NCBI GenBank assembly: GCA_027623675.1
Contig: JAQBVF010000017.1
Coordinates: forward strand, 1-64,000
DNA: 64,000 bases
Source of the DNA: Chloroflexota bacterium
GTDB lineage: Bacteria; Chloroflexota; Dehalococcoidia; Lucifugimonadales; UBA3495
Direction: 5' to 3'
The notes below the pieces were generated by a model. The model was not told where the DNA came from. It did no database searches and worked only from the letters and a program-made list of their open reading frames with translations. This document shows, in pieces, positions 31,707 through 41,408 of the stretch. Numbering within the stretch: the first letter of the stretch is position 1; the number at the start of each line of letters is the position of its first letter. A program made the translations under genes and the position numbers.

Positions 31707-32933
31707 ATGGAACCGTTAAAAGATATCAGGGTCCTGGCAGTTACCGTGTACCTGGCCGGGCCGTTCGCCTCCATGAACCTGGCCCGCATGGGCGCCGAGG
31801 TCATCAAGGTGGAGATCCCCGGCAAGGGAGACCCGGTCCGGGGCAACGGCCCTTTCGCCGGCCCCAAAGGGACCAACGCCCAGCGCCAGACCGATGAGGA
31901 CATATCCACCCGCTTCCTGAAACGCACGCAGGGCGTGAAGAGCGTAACCATCAACCTGAAGAGCGCCAAGGGCAAGCAGATGTTCTTGGACCTGGTCAAA
32001 CAGTCGGACGTAGTGTTGGAGAACCTGGCCCCTGGCTCGCTGCGTCGCATCGGGCTGGGCTATGAAGAGGTCGCCAAGGTCAACCCCGGCATCGTCTACG
32101 CGTCGATCTCCGGCTACGGACAGACCGGTCCCTACGCCGACAAACCAGCCCACGACCCGCAGATACAGGGCATGAGCGGTCTGATGGACATAAATGGCGA
32201 GATGGGAGGACCGCCCATCAAGGTTGGCTTCTACATCGGCGACCTGGTTACGCCCCTGTTCGCCTGCTACTCCATACTCGCCGCCCTCAGAGAGAAAGAA
32301 AGGACCGGCCAGGGCCAGTACCTGGACGTGTCGATGATGGACACCCTGGTGTCGCTGATGTTCATGGAGAACCTGGAGGAGAGCATCGCCGACGGCCAGC
32401 CACTGCGCACCGGCAACATCAGCCGCAGCGGGCCCACCGGGCTATACCAGACCAAGAACGGCGACCTGTCCTTGACCGTCACCAGCGACGACCAGTGGGG
32501 CCGCCTGTCCCGCGCCATGAATGCCCCCGAATTGCTGGAGGACCCCCGGTTCTGTGACTATGTGGCCCGAACCGAGAATGTGGAAGACGCCCGGAAAGAG
32601 ATACAACGTCTGATCGGCGAATATTCCCTGGAGGACGCCCTGCGGATCTTGGAAGAGCACGACGTGCCCTGCGCCCCGGTGCGGACCGCTGAGCAGGTGA
32701 TGAACGACCAACACTTCTGGGACCGGGGCAGTCTATTGCCCATGCTGAACGCCGCAATGGGCGGGCCCGTTGAGGGAGTAGCATCTGGTTTCCCCGTAAT
32801 ATTCTCCGGCGGAGAGCTTCCTCAGGTACCCGGCGCTCCCACCCTGGGGATGCACAACAATGAGATATTCTCCAAGCTCTTGGGTCTAACCGACGACGAC
32901 ATTGAGAAACTGAAAGAAGAAAACGTAGTCTAG
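31707..32933 (+). CDS. CaiB/BaiF family III CoA-transferase
   Basis: LAGPFA, GAEVIKVE.PG.GD, SISGYGQTGP, catalytic Asp in YIGDLV. Confidence 0.92.
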   Translation: MEPLKDIRVLAVTVYLAGPFASMNLARMGAEVIKVEIPGKGDPVRGNGPFAGPKGTNAQRQTDEDISTRFLKRTQGVKSVTINLKSAKGKQMFLDLVKQSDVVLENLAPGSLRRIGLGYEEVAKVNPGIVYASISGYGQTGPYADKPAHDPQIQGMSGLMDINGEMGGPPIKVGFYIGDLVTPLFACYSILAALREKERTGQGQYLDVSMMDTLVSLMFMENLEESIADGQPLRTGNISRSGPTGLYQTKNGDLSLTVTSDDQWGRLSRAMNAPELLEDPRFCDYVARTENVEDARKEIQRLIGEYSLEDALRILEEHDVPCAPVRTAEQVMNDQHFWDRGSLLPMLNAAMGGPVEGVASGFPVIFSGGELPQVPGAPTLGMHNNEIFSKLLGLTDDDIEKLKEENVV

Positions 32934-32992
32934 AAGTCGGATGCCCCGAGGGAATCGGGGCCGACGGCTGATAGCTCGAAAGGAGCCACACC

Positions 32993-33892
32993 ATGGCAAC
33001 ACCCCGGCCGCTGCGGACGTCGATGTACGTCCCCGGAAACAAAGAAGACTGGATGCGCAAGGCGCCCCAATACGGGGCCGATGCGTTGATCTTGGACCTG
33101 GAGGACTCGGTGCCCGTGCCCAACAAGGCCGAGGCCCGCGTGCTGGTCCGGAAGATGCTGGAGGAACTGGGCGGCGAGAAACCGACGCTTACGGTCCGGG
33201 TCAACCGGCTGGAGACCGGACTCACCGGCGGCGACCTGGAGGCCGTCACCTGCCCCCAACTCTACTGCGTCCTGCTGCCCAAGGTTGAGAGTCCCGCCGA
33301 CGTGGTGGAAGTGGACAACCTGCTCTCCCACTTCGAGCGCAAGGCCGGTATGGAGGTCGGCTCCATATTCATCGACCCAGGCATGGAAACGGCGACCAGC
33401 ATCCGGCTCTCATACGAGATCGCCTCAGCTTCCCCCCGGGTTGCCCACATGGGCGGCAGCGGCGGCAAGGGCGGCGATACCGCCCGGTCCATCGGCTTCC
33501 AGTGGACCCCGGAGGGCCTGGAAACCCTCTACCTGAAATCCAAGGTGCTGATCGACGTCCGTTCCGCCGGCGTGCCTTTTCCCATGAGCGGCGGCTGGAT
33601 GGACATCCACAATCTGGACGGACTGCGCGCTTTGGCAATCCAACTGCGGCAGCTGGGTTACACCGGAATGCACCTGATCCATCCCTCCCATGTTCCGGTG
33701 GTCAACCAGGTGTTCTCGCCCACCCCCGAGGACGTCAAACACTGGCAGGGCCTGATTCAAGCCATGGAGGAGATGCGGTCCACCGGGGCCGCCGCCGTTA
33801 CCTTCGACGGCGACATGGTCGATATCGCCCACGAGGAGACCGCCCGCACCATGCTGGCCAGAGCCAAGGAGATGGGGGTTGAAGGGGCCTAA
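32993..33892 (+). CDS. CitE/malyl-CoA-lyase-like CoA ester lyase (HpcH/HpaI family)
   Basis: RTSMYVPGN, LDLEDSV, VRVN, LPKVE, IHPSHV, DGDMVD. Confidence 0.9.
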   Translation: MATPRPLRTSMYVPGNKEDWMRKAPQYGADALILDLEDSVPVPNKAEARVLVRKMLEELGGEKPTLTVRVNRLETGLTGGDLEAVTCPQLYCVLLPKVESPADVVEVDNLLSHFERKAGMEVGSIFIDPGMETATSIRLSYEIASASPRVAHMGGSGGKGGDTARSIGFQWTPEGLETLYLKSKVLIDVRSAGVPFPMSGGWMDIHNLDGLRALAIQLRQLGYTGMHLIHPSHVPVVNQVFSPTPEDVKHWQGLIQAMEEMRSTGAAAVTFDGDMVDIAHEETARTMLARAKEMGVEGA

Positions 33893-33906
33893 GCCTCCAG
33901 ACGATC

Positions 33907-34644
33907 ATGGCAGATGCTATGGAAAGGCGGATACAACTGGAAGGCTGTGTCAACTTTCGAGATCTGGGCGGGTACGCCGCCGCCGGCGGGCGGACCGTTA
34001 GATGGCGCAACCTCTATCGCAGCGACGCGCCAAACACCCTGACCGAGGCCGATGTCCGGATCATCACCGGCGCCTTGGGCGTTACGTCGGTTGTCGATCT
34101 GCGCAGCAGCAGCGGGGTGTTGAACGACGGCCGGGGTTTGCTGGCCCTGTCCGGCATCGGCTACCATCACTTTCCGTTCCTGGAACGCCGTGGCATCCTG
34201 CCGCCGACATCCGGAGAGGACTCGGCGGGCCGGCTGACCGAGATGTACCAATGGATGCTGCAGAACTCGGGGGCGCTGATTGCCCAAGCCTTTACAGCCC
34301 TGGCCCAGCAGGTGAACCAACCGGCTTTGTTCCATTGCAGCGCCGGCAAGGACCGCACCGGTATACTCGCCGCCACCATCCTGTCGGTGCTAAAAGTCAG
34401 CCACGACGATATCGTGGCCGATTTCATGATGACCAACGAGGTTATCGACGGCATACTGGCCCGGATAAAAAAGATGCCCGGCTTCGAGGATTCCACCCGG
34501 GACGGGATCATGGCCCCTAAACCGGCCATCGAGAGATTCTTGGCCGTGACCGAGAGCGAGTTCGGCGGCTCGGAAGCATACCTCCGCCGCCACGGGGTCC
34601 AGCAGAGCACCATCGATGGTTTCAGAGAGTGGATGCTCGAATAA
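33907..34644 (+). CDS. Tyrosine phosphatase family protein (Y_phosphatase3)
   Basis: NFRDLGGY, LYRSD, HCSAGKDRTG P-loop. Confidence 0.92.
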   Translation: MADAMERRIQLEGCVNFRDLGGYAAAGGRTVRWRNLYRSDAPNTLTEADVRIITGALGVTSVVDLRSSSGVLNDGRGLLALSGIGYHHFPFLERRGILPPTSGEDSAGRLTEMYQWMLQNSGALIAQAFTALAQQVNQPALFHCSAGKDRTGILAATILSVLKVSHDDIVADFMMTNEVIDGILARIKKMPGFEDSTRDGIMAPKPAIERFLAVTESEFGGSEAYLRRHGVQQSTIDGFREWMLE

Positions 34645-34692
34645 CCCCGTGAAACCCCGTCGCCACAGAGGCGGCGACAGAGGTGTCAGGCG

Positions 34693-35424
34693 ATGACCAC
34701 ATTCGTACTGGTCCACGGCGCATCCCACGGCTCGTGGTGCTGGGACAAAGTCGTTCCTTTGCTGGAAGCACAAGGCCATCAAGCATTCGCGGTTGACCTG
34801 CCGGGCAACACCTACGGCGAATTCGATATTCCCGCGGCGCGGGTTACCTTGGATTCGTACGCCAGCCACGTTTGCAAGGTACTGGACGATTTGGACGAGC
34901 CGGTGGTGTTGGTCGGGCACAGCCTGGGGGGACTGACCATCAGCCAGGTGGCCGAGCGCCGCCCCGGCAAGGTCAGGTCTCTCGTCTACCTGACCGCTTT
35001 GCTTTTGGAATCGGGCCGGGCCATGAGGCCGGTGAGGACTCGCGGTCCGGAGGACGTCCGGGATGGCCTGGAACGGGAGTCGTGGGCCGTCTCAGACGAC
35101 CTGAGCACCGTGATCTTCCATGAGGAATCACTGAAGCCCCGGTTCTACAACGACTGCACCGAGGATGACTTCGTCTGGGCCAAGTCCATGCTCGTGCCCC
35201 AGCCGTCCGGCCCGCTGATGGACCCGGTCCAGACCACCGAAGAGAACTTCGACCGCGTGCCCAGGGTCTACATCGAATGCCTCAAGGACGGGGCGCTCTC
35301 GATCGAGTATCAGAGAGAGATGCAGGCCAACGTCCCCTGCCAGCGGGTGATCACCATGGACACCGGCCACTCGCCCTTCCTGTCGGCCCCCGAACAACTG
35401 GCGGGCCACTTGGCGAGCCTGTAA
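34693..35424 (+). CDS. Alpha/beta hydrolase (methylesterase-like)
   Basis: FVLVHGASHGSWCW, GHSLGG, GHSPFLS. Confidence 0.9.
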   Translation: MTTFVLVHGASHGSWCWDKVVPLLEAQGHQAFAVDLPGNTYGEFDIPAARVTLDSYASHVCKVLDDLDEPVVLVGHSLGGLTISQVAERRPGKVRSLVYLTALLLESGRAMRPVRTRGPEDVRDGLERESWAVSDDLSTVIFHEESLKPRFYNDCTEDDFVWAKSMLVPQPSGPLMDPVQTTEENFDRVPRVYIECLKDGALSIEYQREMQANVPCQRVITMDTGHSPFLSAPEQLAGHLASL

Positions 35425-35578
35425 CACTTGAGATAAACCTCAAGGACCCGGCACGTAGCCAAACCCGGCGGCCTTGGTTATGATTGTCCCGGAGTTCCGG
35501 ACCCCGAATCAAATCGAAACCCCGGATCGGGCCGGAATCCCGACGTACATAAGCTGAACCCGAAGTTTGGAGGCAACA

Positions 35579-36238
35579 ATGGCTAACAAGAAAGGCACGG
35601 GCCTGATGATTGTTTGGGCCGACGTTCCGGCGGAACTGGAAGATGAGTTCAACCACTGGTACCAGGAAGAACACCTGCAAGAGCTTCTGTCGGTCCCCGG
35701 CATCTTGAATGCGGCCCGCTACGAAGCCACCAAGAGCGGCCCCAAGCACATGGCCGTCTATGAACTGGAGAGCGTCGACGTGGTCAACACGGACGCTTTC
35801 AAGAACCGCCCCCGCACCGAGTGGGGCAAGCGGGTGTCGCCCAGCGTCATCGGCACCACCGTGATCAACAACGTCTATGACATGATCCACCCCACGTCGC
35901 TCAGCTCCGACATCGCCGGCAGCGACATGGCCCCGGCCCTGCAGATCGGGCGCATGGCCGTCCCCGCTGAGAACGACGCCGAATGGAATGAATGGTACAG
36001 CGGCGTTTACGTGCCCAACTACGAGAAGGCCCCCGGAGTGATCCGCGGCCGCCGCTGGCGCGCCGTGAAGGGCGAACCCGAATACGCCACGGTCTACGAG
36101 TTCGAGAACGAGAACGTCTCGGAGACTCCCGAGTGGCTGAAGCAGCGGGACATCCACCCCGACAACGGCCGCATGCGGGACATCATGACCCACGCCACCG
36201 GCTCACCCGGTGTCTGGCGGAAGACCTTCCAACTCTAG
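35579..36238 (+). CDS. Tandem DUF4286/EthD-like protein
   Basis: Two repeats: EFNHWYQEEHL..VPG and EWNEWYSGVYVP..APGV; GGAGG before ATG. Confidence 0.78.
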   Translation: MANKKGTGLMIVWADVPAELEDEFNHWYQEEHLQELLSVPGILNAARYEATKSGPKHMAVYELESVDVVNTDAFKNRPRTEWGKRVSPSVIGTTVINNVYDMIHPTSLSSDIAGSDMAPALQIGRMAVPAENDAEWNEWYSGVYVPNYEKAPGVIRGRRWRAVKGEPEYATVYEFENENVSETPEWLKQRDIHPDNGRMRDIMTHATGSPGVWRKTFQL

Positions 36239-36392
36239 GCTAACTGCCGATCCAGCGCCAATCTCCAGGAAGTTTCGCGCCCTAACGACCGACCGGGTCC
36301 ATCATTAGGGCGCGAAATCGTCCTGGCATTGCGGCTAACCCCTGCCTTGGTTCAAGTGCGCGTTGCACTAACTTGGCGTAAAATACCGTCTG

Positions 36393-37367
36393 ATGGAAAC
36401 GCATAACCACACGGGGTCCACGGCTCCAGGACACACCCACCGTTCTGCCAGTAAACGCAGTCTCGGTATCTCGTTGACCTTGATCATGGGCTTCATGGTG
36501 GCCGAGGTGATCGGTGGTTTGCTCTCCGGCAGCATCGCCCTCCTCGCCGACGCCGGGCACATGCTCACCGACGGCGCGGCCATCGGTCTGGCGCTCATCG
36601 CCATCTGGATCGCGGGCCGGCCGGCCTCCATCGAGCAGACCTTCGGCTTCCAACGCACTGAGGTCTTGGCTGCCATGTTGAACGCCCTCAGCCTGTGGTT
36701 GATCGCTGCCTGGATATTCTTCGAATCGGCCCAGCGCTTCGCTGACACCCCAGAGGTCAACGGCGGTCTGATGCTGGGCGTGGGCGCGGCGGGTCTCCTG
36801 GTCAATCTGGCTGCCGCTGGGGTGCTGCACCGGTCGTCTGGGGAAAGCCTGAATGTGGAAGGGGCTTTCTTGCATGTGCTAGGCGATCTGCTCGGCTCGG
36901 TGGCCGTGGTGGCCGCCGCAGTATTTGTGCTGACGTTGGGATGGAACATCGCCGACCCCATATTTGGCGTGGTGATCGGTGTCCTGATCCTGGCCAGCTC
37001 CTTCCGGCTGCTCTGGAAGGTGGTCCACGTCTTGATGGAGGGCACGCCCGCGCATCTCGATCTGCACCGGTTATGCCAGCGTCTGGAGGAATTGGATGGA
37101 GTGACCGGCGTGCATGACATCCATGCCTGGTCCATAACATCCGGATACGACGCCATGAGCGCCCACGTTACCGCCAATGCCGGGGTCATGGCCGAACCCA
37201 ATCCGGTGCTCCAGCGGCTGCGGGACATCGCCTGCGGAGAGTTTGGCGTTGCCCATGTGACCTTCCAATTGGAGGACTCTGAAGAAGGCTGCGCCGAGGA
37301 CCACCATATCGAGCATCCGGAAGAACTCCCAGTCGGTCCCGGCACTAACCACTCCCACGAAGATTGA
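36393..37367 (+). CDS. Cation diffusion facilitator (CzcD/ZitB-like)
   Basis: SIALLADAGHMLTD, AFLHVLGDLLGS, HDIHAW; His-rich termini. Confidence 0.92.
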   Translation: METHNHTGSTAPGHTHRSASKRSLGISLTLIMGFMVAEVIGGLLSGSIALLADAGHMLTDGAAIGLALIAIWIAGRPASIEQTFGFQRTEVLAAMLNALSLWLIAAWIFFESAQRFADTPEVNGGLMLGVGAAGLLVNLAAAGVLHRSSGESLNVEGAFLHVLGDLLGSVAVVAAAVFVLTLGWNIADPIFGVVIGVLILASSFRLLWKVVHVLMEGTPAHLDLHRLCQRLEELDGVTGVHDIHAWSITSGYDAMSAHVTANAGVMAEPNPVLQRLRDIACGEFGVAHVTFQLEDSEEGCAEDHHIEHPEELPVGPGTNHSHED

Positions 37368-37442
37368 TCACTTCCTCTCCGAGACGAATCCCGAATCGTC
37401 CCGTCACCGTATATAGGCTGGTCCCACCTGAGTTACCGATAG

Positions 37443-38024
37443 ATGCCAATCAAGAAAAAAAGAAATACCGGCCCAATCATCCTCGTTGCCGCCACCTTGA
37501 TGGCGTTTTTGCTGGCGTTCCCGGTCTATTCGGCGGCGGCGCAAGAAGAAGACTCGGGGGCCGTCACGGTGACGGCCGGCCCCCATCTGGTGAGGGTGGT
37601 GCCGGTGAATACGAATCTGGCCGCCGGGTTCATCCAACTGGCGCTTTACGTCACCGATGCCAACACCGGAGAGATCGTCCCGCATGCCACGGTGATAGTA
37701 AAGGCCGACAACGAGGGCGAGAATTACGAAGGATGGGCCTACGCCCTGAATTCTCCTGCGGACCCCGGCAAGTATGATCTCCGGTTAAACCTTGGCTCCA
37801 CCGGCGATTGGGTCATCAATGTCGATGTGACCAGTCCGCTGGGCCAAGGCGGTGGCAGCGCCATGACCTTTACCGTGCCGTCGGTCAACCGCTACACCCA
37901 AGGCAGCCTGGTCTTCTTCGGGGTATTCGCCGTGATGATGTTGGGTGTCGCCTATCTCTTCTGGAGCGTCAAGCGTCAGAACCGCCGCCGCCGTGAGGCT
38001 GCCCAGAGTGTGTCACAGGAATGA
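37443..38024 (+). CDS. Exported Ig-like (YtkA/FixH-like) protein with C-terminal TM anchor
   Basis: Signal peptide, PGKY...GDWVINVDVTSPLG, C-terminal TM and basic tail. Confidence 0.55.
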   Translation: MPIKKKRNTGPIILVAATLMAFLLAFPVYSAAAQEEDSGAVTVTAGPHLVRVVPVNTNLAAGFIQLALYVTDANTGEIVPHATVIVKADNEGENYEGWAYALNSPADPGKYDLRLNLGSTGDWVINVDVTSPLGQGGGSAMTFTVPSVNRYTQGSLVFFGVFAVMMLGVAYLFWSVKRQNRRRREAAQSVSQE

Positions 38025-38055
38025 TTGCCCAGCACGTGGTTGTCCGGATGACTCC

Positions 38056-38991
38056 ATGAGATTAGGCCGCAAGATACTCTTGGTGGCGCCCGCGCTGGCG
38101 TTGCTCCAATTGTGGTGGGCCGTGCCTGCCGTTAACGCTCACGCTGGGATCGAAGCGGGCCAGAACCCGTTCACCGCCTGGAACTGGAACCCGTTGGCGA
38201 CCCTGCTCCTGTTGATGGTCGCCTACCTGTACCTGAACGGCCTGAACAACTGGCAACGCCCAACTCATCGGATCAGCCGCTGGCAGAAGGCGTCTTTCTT
38301 CACCGGCCTGTTCTTTATCTTCATCGCGCTCCAGTCGCCCTTGGACAATCTGTCTGAGCATATGTTGTCCTTCCACCAACTGCAGCACTTCATCCTTCGT
38401 ATGTTGGCGCCGTTGTTGATACTGCTGGGGGCGCCGCTGACGCCGGTGCTGCGTGGGTTACCCCCCTGGGCGTTGCAGGGTTTCGTCAAACCTACGGTGC
38501 GCAGTCCGTTGGCCCGCGCGGCCTACGACAAATTGACCAACCCGGTGATCACCGTCTTCATATTCATGGCGGTGCTCTATCTCTGGCAGATACCCGGCGG
38601 GTTCAACCTGGCCCTGCGGAACGAATTCATCCACGCTCTGATGCACATCACCATGATGTCATCCGGGTTCATCTTCTATTGGGCGGTGATCGACCCCAAG
38701 CCCCACCGCTCCAGGGTCCACTATGGAGTCAGGGTGCTCTACCTGGGACTGATAGTGCTGCCCAACACCATCCTGGGAGCGGTGATCACATTCTCCAGGA
38801 GCGTCGTCTACTCCTACTATGAGACCGCGTACCGGCCCTTTGACATGTCGGTGATGACCGACCAACAGATCGGCGGACTGATCCTCTGGGTGCCGGGCGA
38901 TATGATGAGCATACTGGTGGCCGGCATCGTCATGATCATGTGGTACGAGCAGGAAGAAGGCGCCAGCAACGCCGCTCGGCAACTGCCCTGA
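38056..38991 (+). CDS. ctaG: Cytochrome c oxidase assembly protein, caa3-CtaG family
   Basis: SPLD...SFHQLQH, APLLILLGAP, HALMH, DQQIGGLILWVPG. Confidence 0.85.
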   Translation: MRLGRKILLVAPALALLQLWWAVPAVNAHAGIEAGQNPFTAWNWNPLATLLLLMVAYLYLNGLNNWQRPTHRISRWQKASFFTGLFFIFIALQSPLDNLSEHMLSFHQLQHFILRMLAPLLILLGAPLTPVLRGLPPWALQGFVKPTVRSPLARAAYDKLTNPVITVFIFMAVLYLWQIPGGFNLALRNEFIHALMHITMMSSGFIFYWAVIDPKPHRSRVHYGVRVLYLGLIVLPNTILGAVITFSRSVVYSYYETAYRPFDMSVMTDQQIGGLILWVPGDMMSILVAGIVMIMWYEQEEGASNAARQLP

Positions 38992-39159
38992 ACCCAAACC
39001 AACGAAGATTCCGTGTCCCAACGAATACGGTTGGGCAGCGACGATCTACCTTGGCGCCCCACATCAGCACGGGTCAGCCACGCGCCTCCGTTCGGCCCTT
39101 GACCCCTTAATGCCTCATCCCTAGGATGTAGCTATCCGAACGGGGGAGAGGGGCGCGAC

Positions 39160-40290
39160 ATGACCACCGGTAACAAGAATGGCAACGCCAACGGCAACAC
39201 CAGCGGCGAGACACTGTTTAGCTGGTTCATACCCATCGACGGCGACGGCGCCAGGGCCGGCACCGCCAGGGCCGAGCGCCCACCCGACTTCGAATACCTG
39301 CGCAAGGTCGCCCAGACCGCCGAGGACAACGGCTTCTACTCGCTGCTGGTCCCCACCCGGTTCGCCAACGGTCTCTTCGCCGAAGATGCGCCCCTGGCCG
39401 AGACCTGGACCACCGCCACCGCCCTCGCCGCGGTGACCAAGCGCATCCGCTTCCTGATCGCCGTGAGACCGGGCTTCGTGGTGCTGGGGCTGTTCGCCCA
39501 GATGGCCGCCGCCCTCCATCACATCTCCAGAGGCCGCATCGACATCAACATCGTTCCCGGCGGCATCCAGAACGACTTCGAACGGGTGGGCGAGTTCACC
39601 GACCAGAGCACCCGCTACGAGCGCGCCGAGGAGTTCATCGCCGCCTGCCGCAAACTGTGGGCCGGGCCTGGCCCCGTGGAGTTTCAAGGCGAGTATTACA
39701 ACCTGAAAAACGCTTATTGCTCTCCCTCCCCCACTGGCCAACCGCCCGAGTTCTACCTGGGCGGAGCGTCGCCCCGGGCCAACGCCCTCTCGGGCCGTCA
39801 GGCCGATGTTCACCTTAACTGGATCGAGCCGCTGGCCGACTCCGCGGCCCGCTTCGACGCCGTGCGCGAAGAGTTCAAGAAGGCTGGCCGCACCCCCAAG
39901 CTGGGTATCAGGACGCATCTGGTGGTGCGGGACAGAGAAGAAGACGCCTGGAAGGCCGCCAACGAGCTGATCGACCACGCCGACCCGGCGGTGAAGGCCC
40001 AGCGTCTGGCAGCCGTCGCCGGCACGGCAATGGTTGGGGCGGCGGCCCAGGCCCGGCAAGCGCCCAACCACATAGTCGCTCCCCACCTGTGGAACGGCCT
40101 GTCCGAGGTCCGGGTCAACTGCGGCACCGCCATCGTCGGCACCCCCGAGCAGGTCACCGACGTGCTCCTGGACTACTGGAAGCTGGGCGTGGACCAGTTC
40201 ATCCTCTCCGGCTTCCCCCACGTAGAAGAATGCGAACGCACCGCAACCGACGTGCTGCCGCTGCTGCGCCAGAAGATGGCAGTCGGGTAG
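39160..40290 (+). CDS. LLM-class flavin-dependent monooxygenase (SsuD-like)
   Basis: WFIPIDGDG, AEDNGFYSLLVPT, FLIAVRPG, YLGGAS, IVGTPEQV, FILSGFPH. Confidence 0.9.
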   Translation: MTTGNKNGNANGNTSGETLFSWFIPIDGDGARAGTARAERPPDFEYLRKVAQTAEDNGFYSLLVPTRFANGLFAEDAPLAETWTTATALAAVTKRIRFLIAVRPGFVVLGLFAQMAAALHHISRGRIDINIVPGGIQNDFERVGEFTDQSTRYERAEEFIAACRKLWAGPGPVEFQGEYYNLKNAYCSPSPTGQPPEFYLGGASPRANALSGRQADVHLNWIEPLADSAARFDAVREEFKKAGRTPKLGIRTHLVVRDREEDAWKAANELIDHADPAVKAQRLAAVAGTAMVGAAAQARQAPNHIVAPHLWNGLSEVRVNCGTAIVGTPEQVTDVLLDYWKLGVDQFILSGFPHVEECERTATDVLPLLRQKMAVG

Positions 40291-40508
40291 CGCCGGAAAT
40301 CCCCTGATGAATTTTGGCGAAAGGAATACTCGCCGTTGATTTCGGAGTCTTCAGCGAAATCAAGCTACGTACGAACTTGAATGAAATGACACCGACGATC
40401 GGACTATTATGTGAAAAACCCGTATAATTTGTGAAACGCATTAGTTACCAATTTATGTTTTGTGGTGGAGGTAGATGGGTGGTAACCGCGTCATGCGGAG
40501 GATTGGCA

Positions 40509-41063
40509 ATGTCTGTAGACTATAACGAAGAAAAGTTCAAAGAATTAATTTTGTATATTTCAGAGGCATGTAGGGCGCATCCGATTTTTGGTGCAACTAA
40601 GCTCAATAAAATTCTGTTTTTCTCCGATTTTATTGCCTATGAAGACCTTGGATCATCGATTACTGGGGCGGAATATATGGCCTTAGAGTTTGGGCCTGCT
40701 CCACGAGAGATGATTCCGATTCGAGAGGAAATGGTTCTGAATGGAGATATCGTAATAGAAAGACGCGGGTCTCAGACCCGATTGGTCCCGGAAAGGCCAC
40801 CCAATTCCGAAATATTTTCTCCTGAAGAGCGCGCGATTGTCGACAGATTGATTGAGTTGCTCAAGTGTCAAGATGCGGAGTGGATTTCCGAACTCTCACA
40901 CAAGTTTCTGGGGTGGAGGGCCGCTTGGGCAGAAACGTTATACACTGGTGGATGGGCCACGATTCCCTACGAAACCGTTCACGTTTCCAATACACCCATC
41001 AACGAGGCCGAATTGATTGATGGTCTGACTCTAGCTGAGGAACATGGCTGGTCACTTAAGTAA
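40509..41063 (+). CDS. Panacea/SocA-family (DUF4065) antitoxin-like protein
   Basis: KFKELILYI, GATKLNKILFFSDF, G.SITGAEY.ALEFGPAP, ISELSH; GGAGG before ATG; visibly AT-richer than flanks. Confidence 0.8.
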   Translation: MSVDYNEEKFKELILYISEACRAHPIFGATKLNKILFFSDFIAYEDLGSSITGAEYMALEFGPAPREMIPIREEMVLNGDIVIERRGSQTRLVPERPPNSEIFSPEERAIVDRLIELLKCQDAEWISELSHKFLGWRAAWAETLYTGGWATIPYETVHVSNTPINEAELIDGLTLAEEHGWSLK

Positions 41064-41346
41064 CGACCAACCTAGTGGGATGCGAAATCTCCGCCATCAG
41101 CCAACATATGAGCTTTCAGCGCTAGCAATTGGACTGACTGTCGCCGAACTTGACGACTTGTTGCTCGGAGTTACATTTACAATCGCAAGAATCCCAGATA
41201 TTTTCCCGGTCGTTGCTCAAGACGCCATGGGAAACGAACTGTTTGTGGCAAGATATACCGGTAATCCACCCCTGTTGGTCTGGTTTTCATACAACGACGT
41301 AGTGGTTGACCTGTGGTTTGTCACTCTGGCCCAACCCGAATCCTGA
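41044..41346 (+). CDS. Hypothetical protein, RelE/ParE-like pattern (putative toxin)
   Basis: 100 aa overlapping the upstream gene by 20 bp; GAGGA SD; helix-helix, 'IARIPDIFP', then beta strands 'LFVAR', 'LLVWFSY', 'VDLWFV'. Confidence 0.5.
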   Translation: MAGHLSNDQPSGMRNLRHQPTYELSALAIGLTVAELDDLLLGVTFTIARIPDIFPVVAQDAMGNELFVARYTGNPPLLVWFSYNDVVVDLWFVTLAQPES

Positions 41347-41408
41347 TTTGGTCGGCGCGATTAACCTCAAGCATTACGTTATTTCTCCGGTGCATGTTCA
41401 CTCACCCC

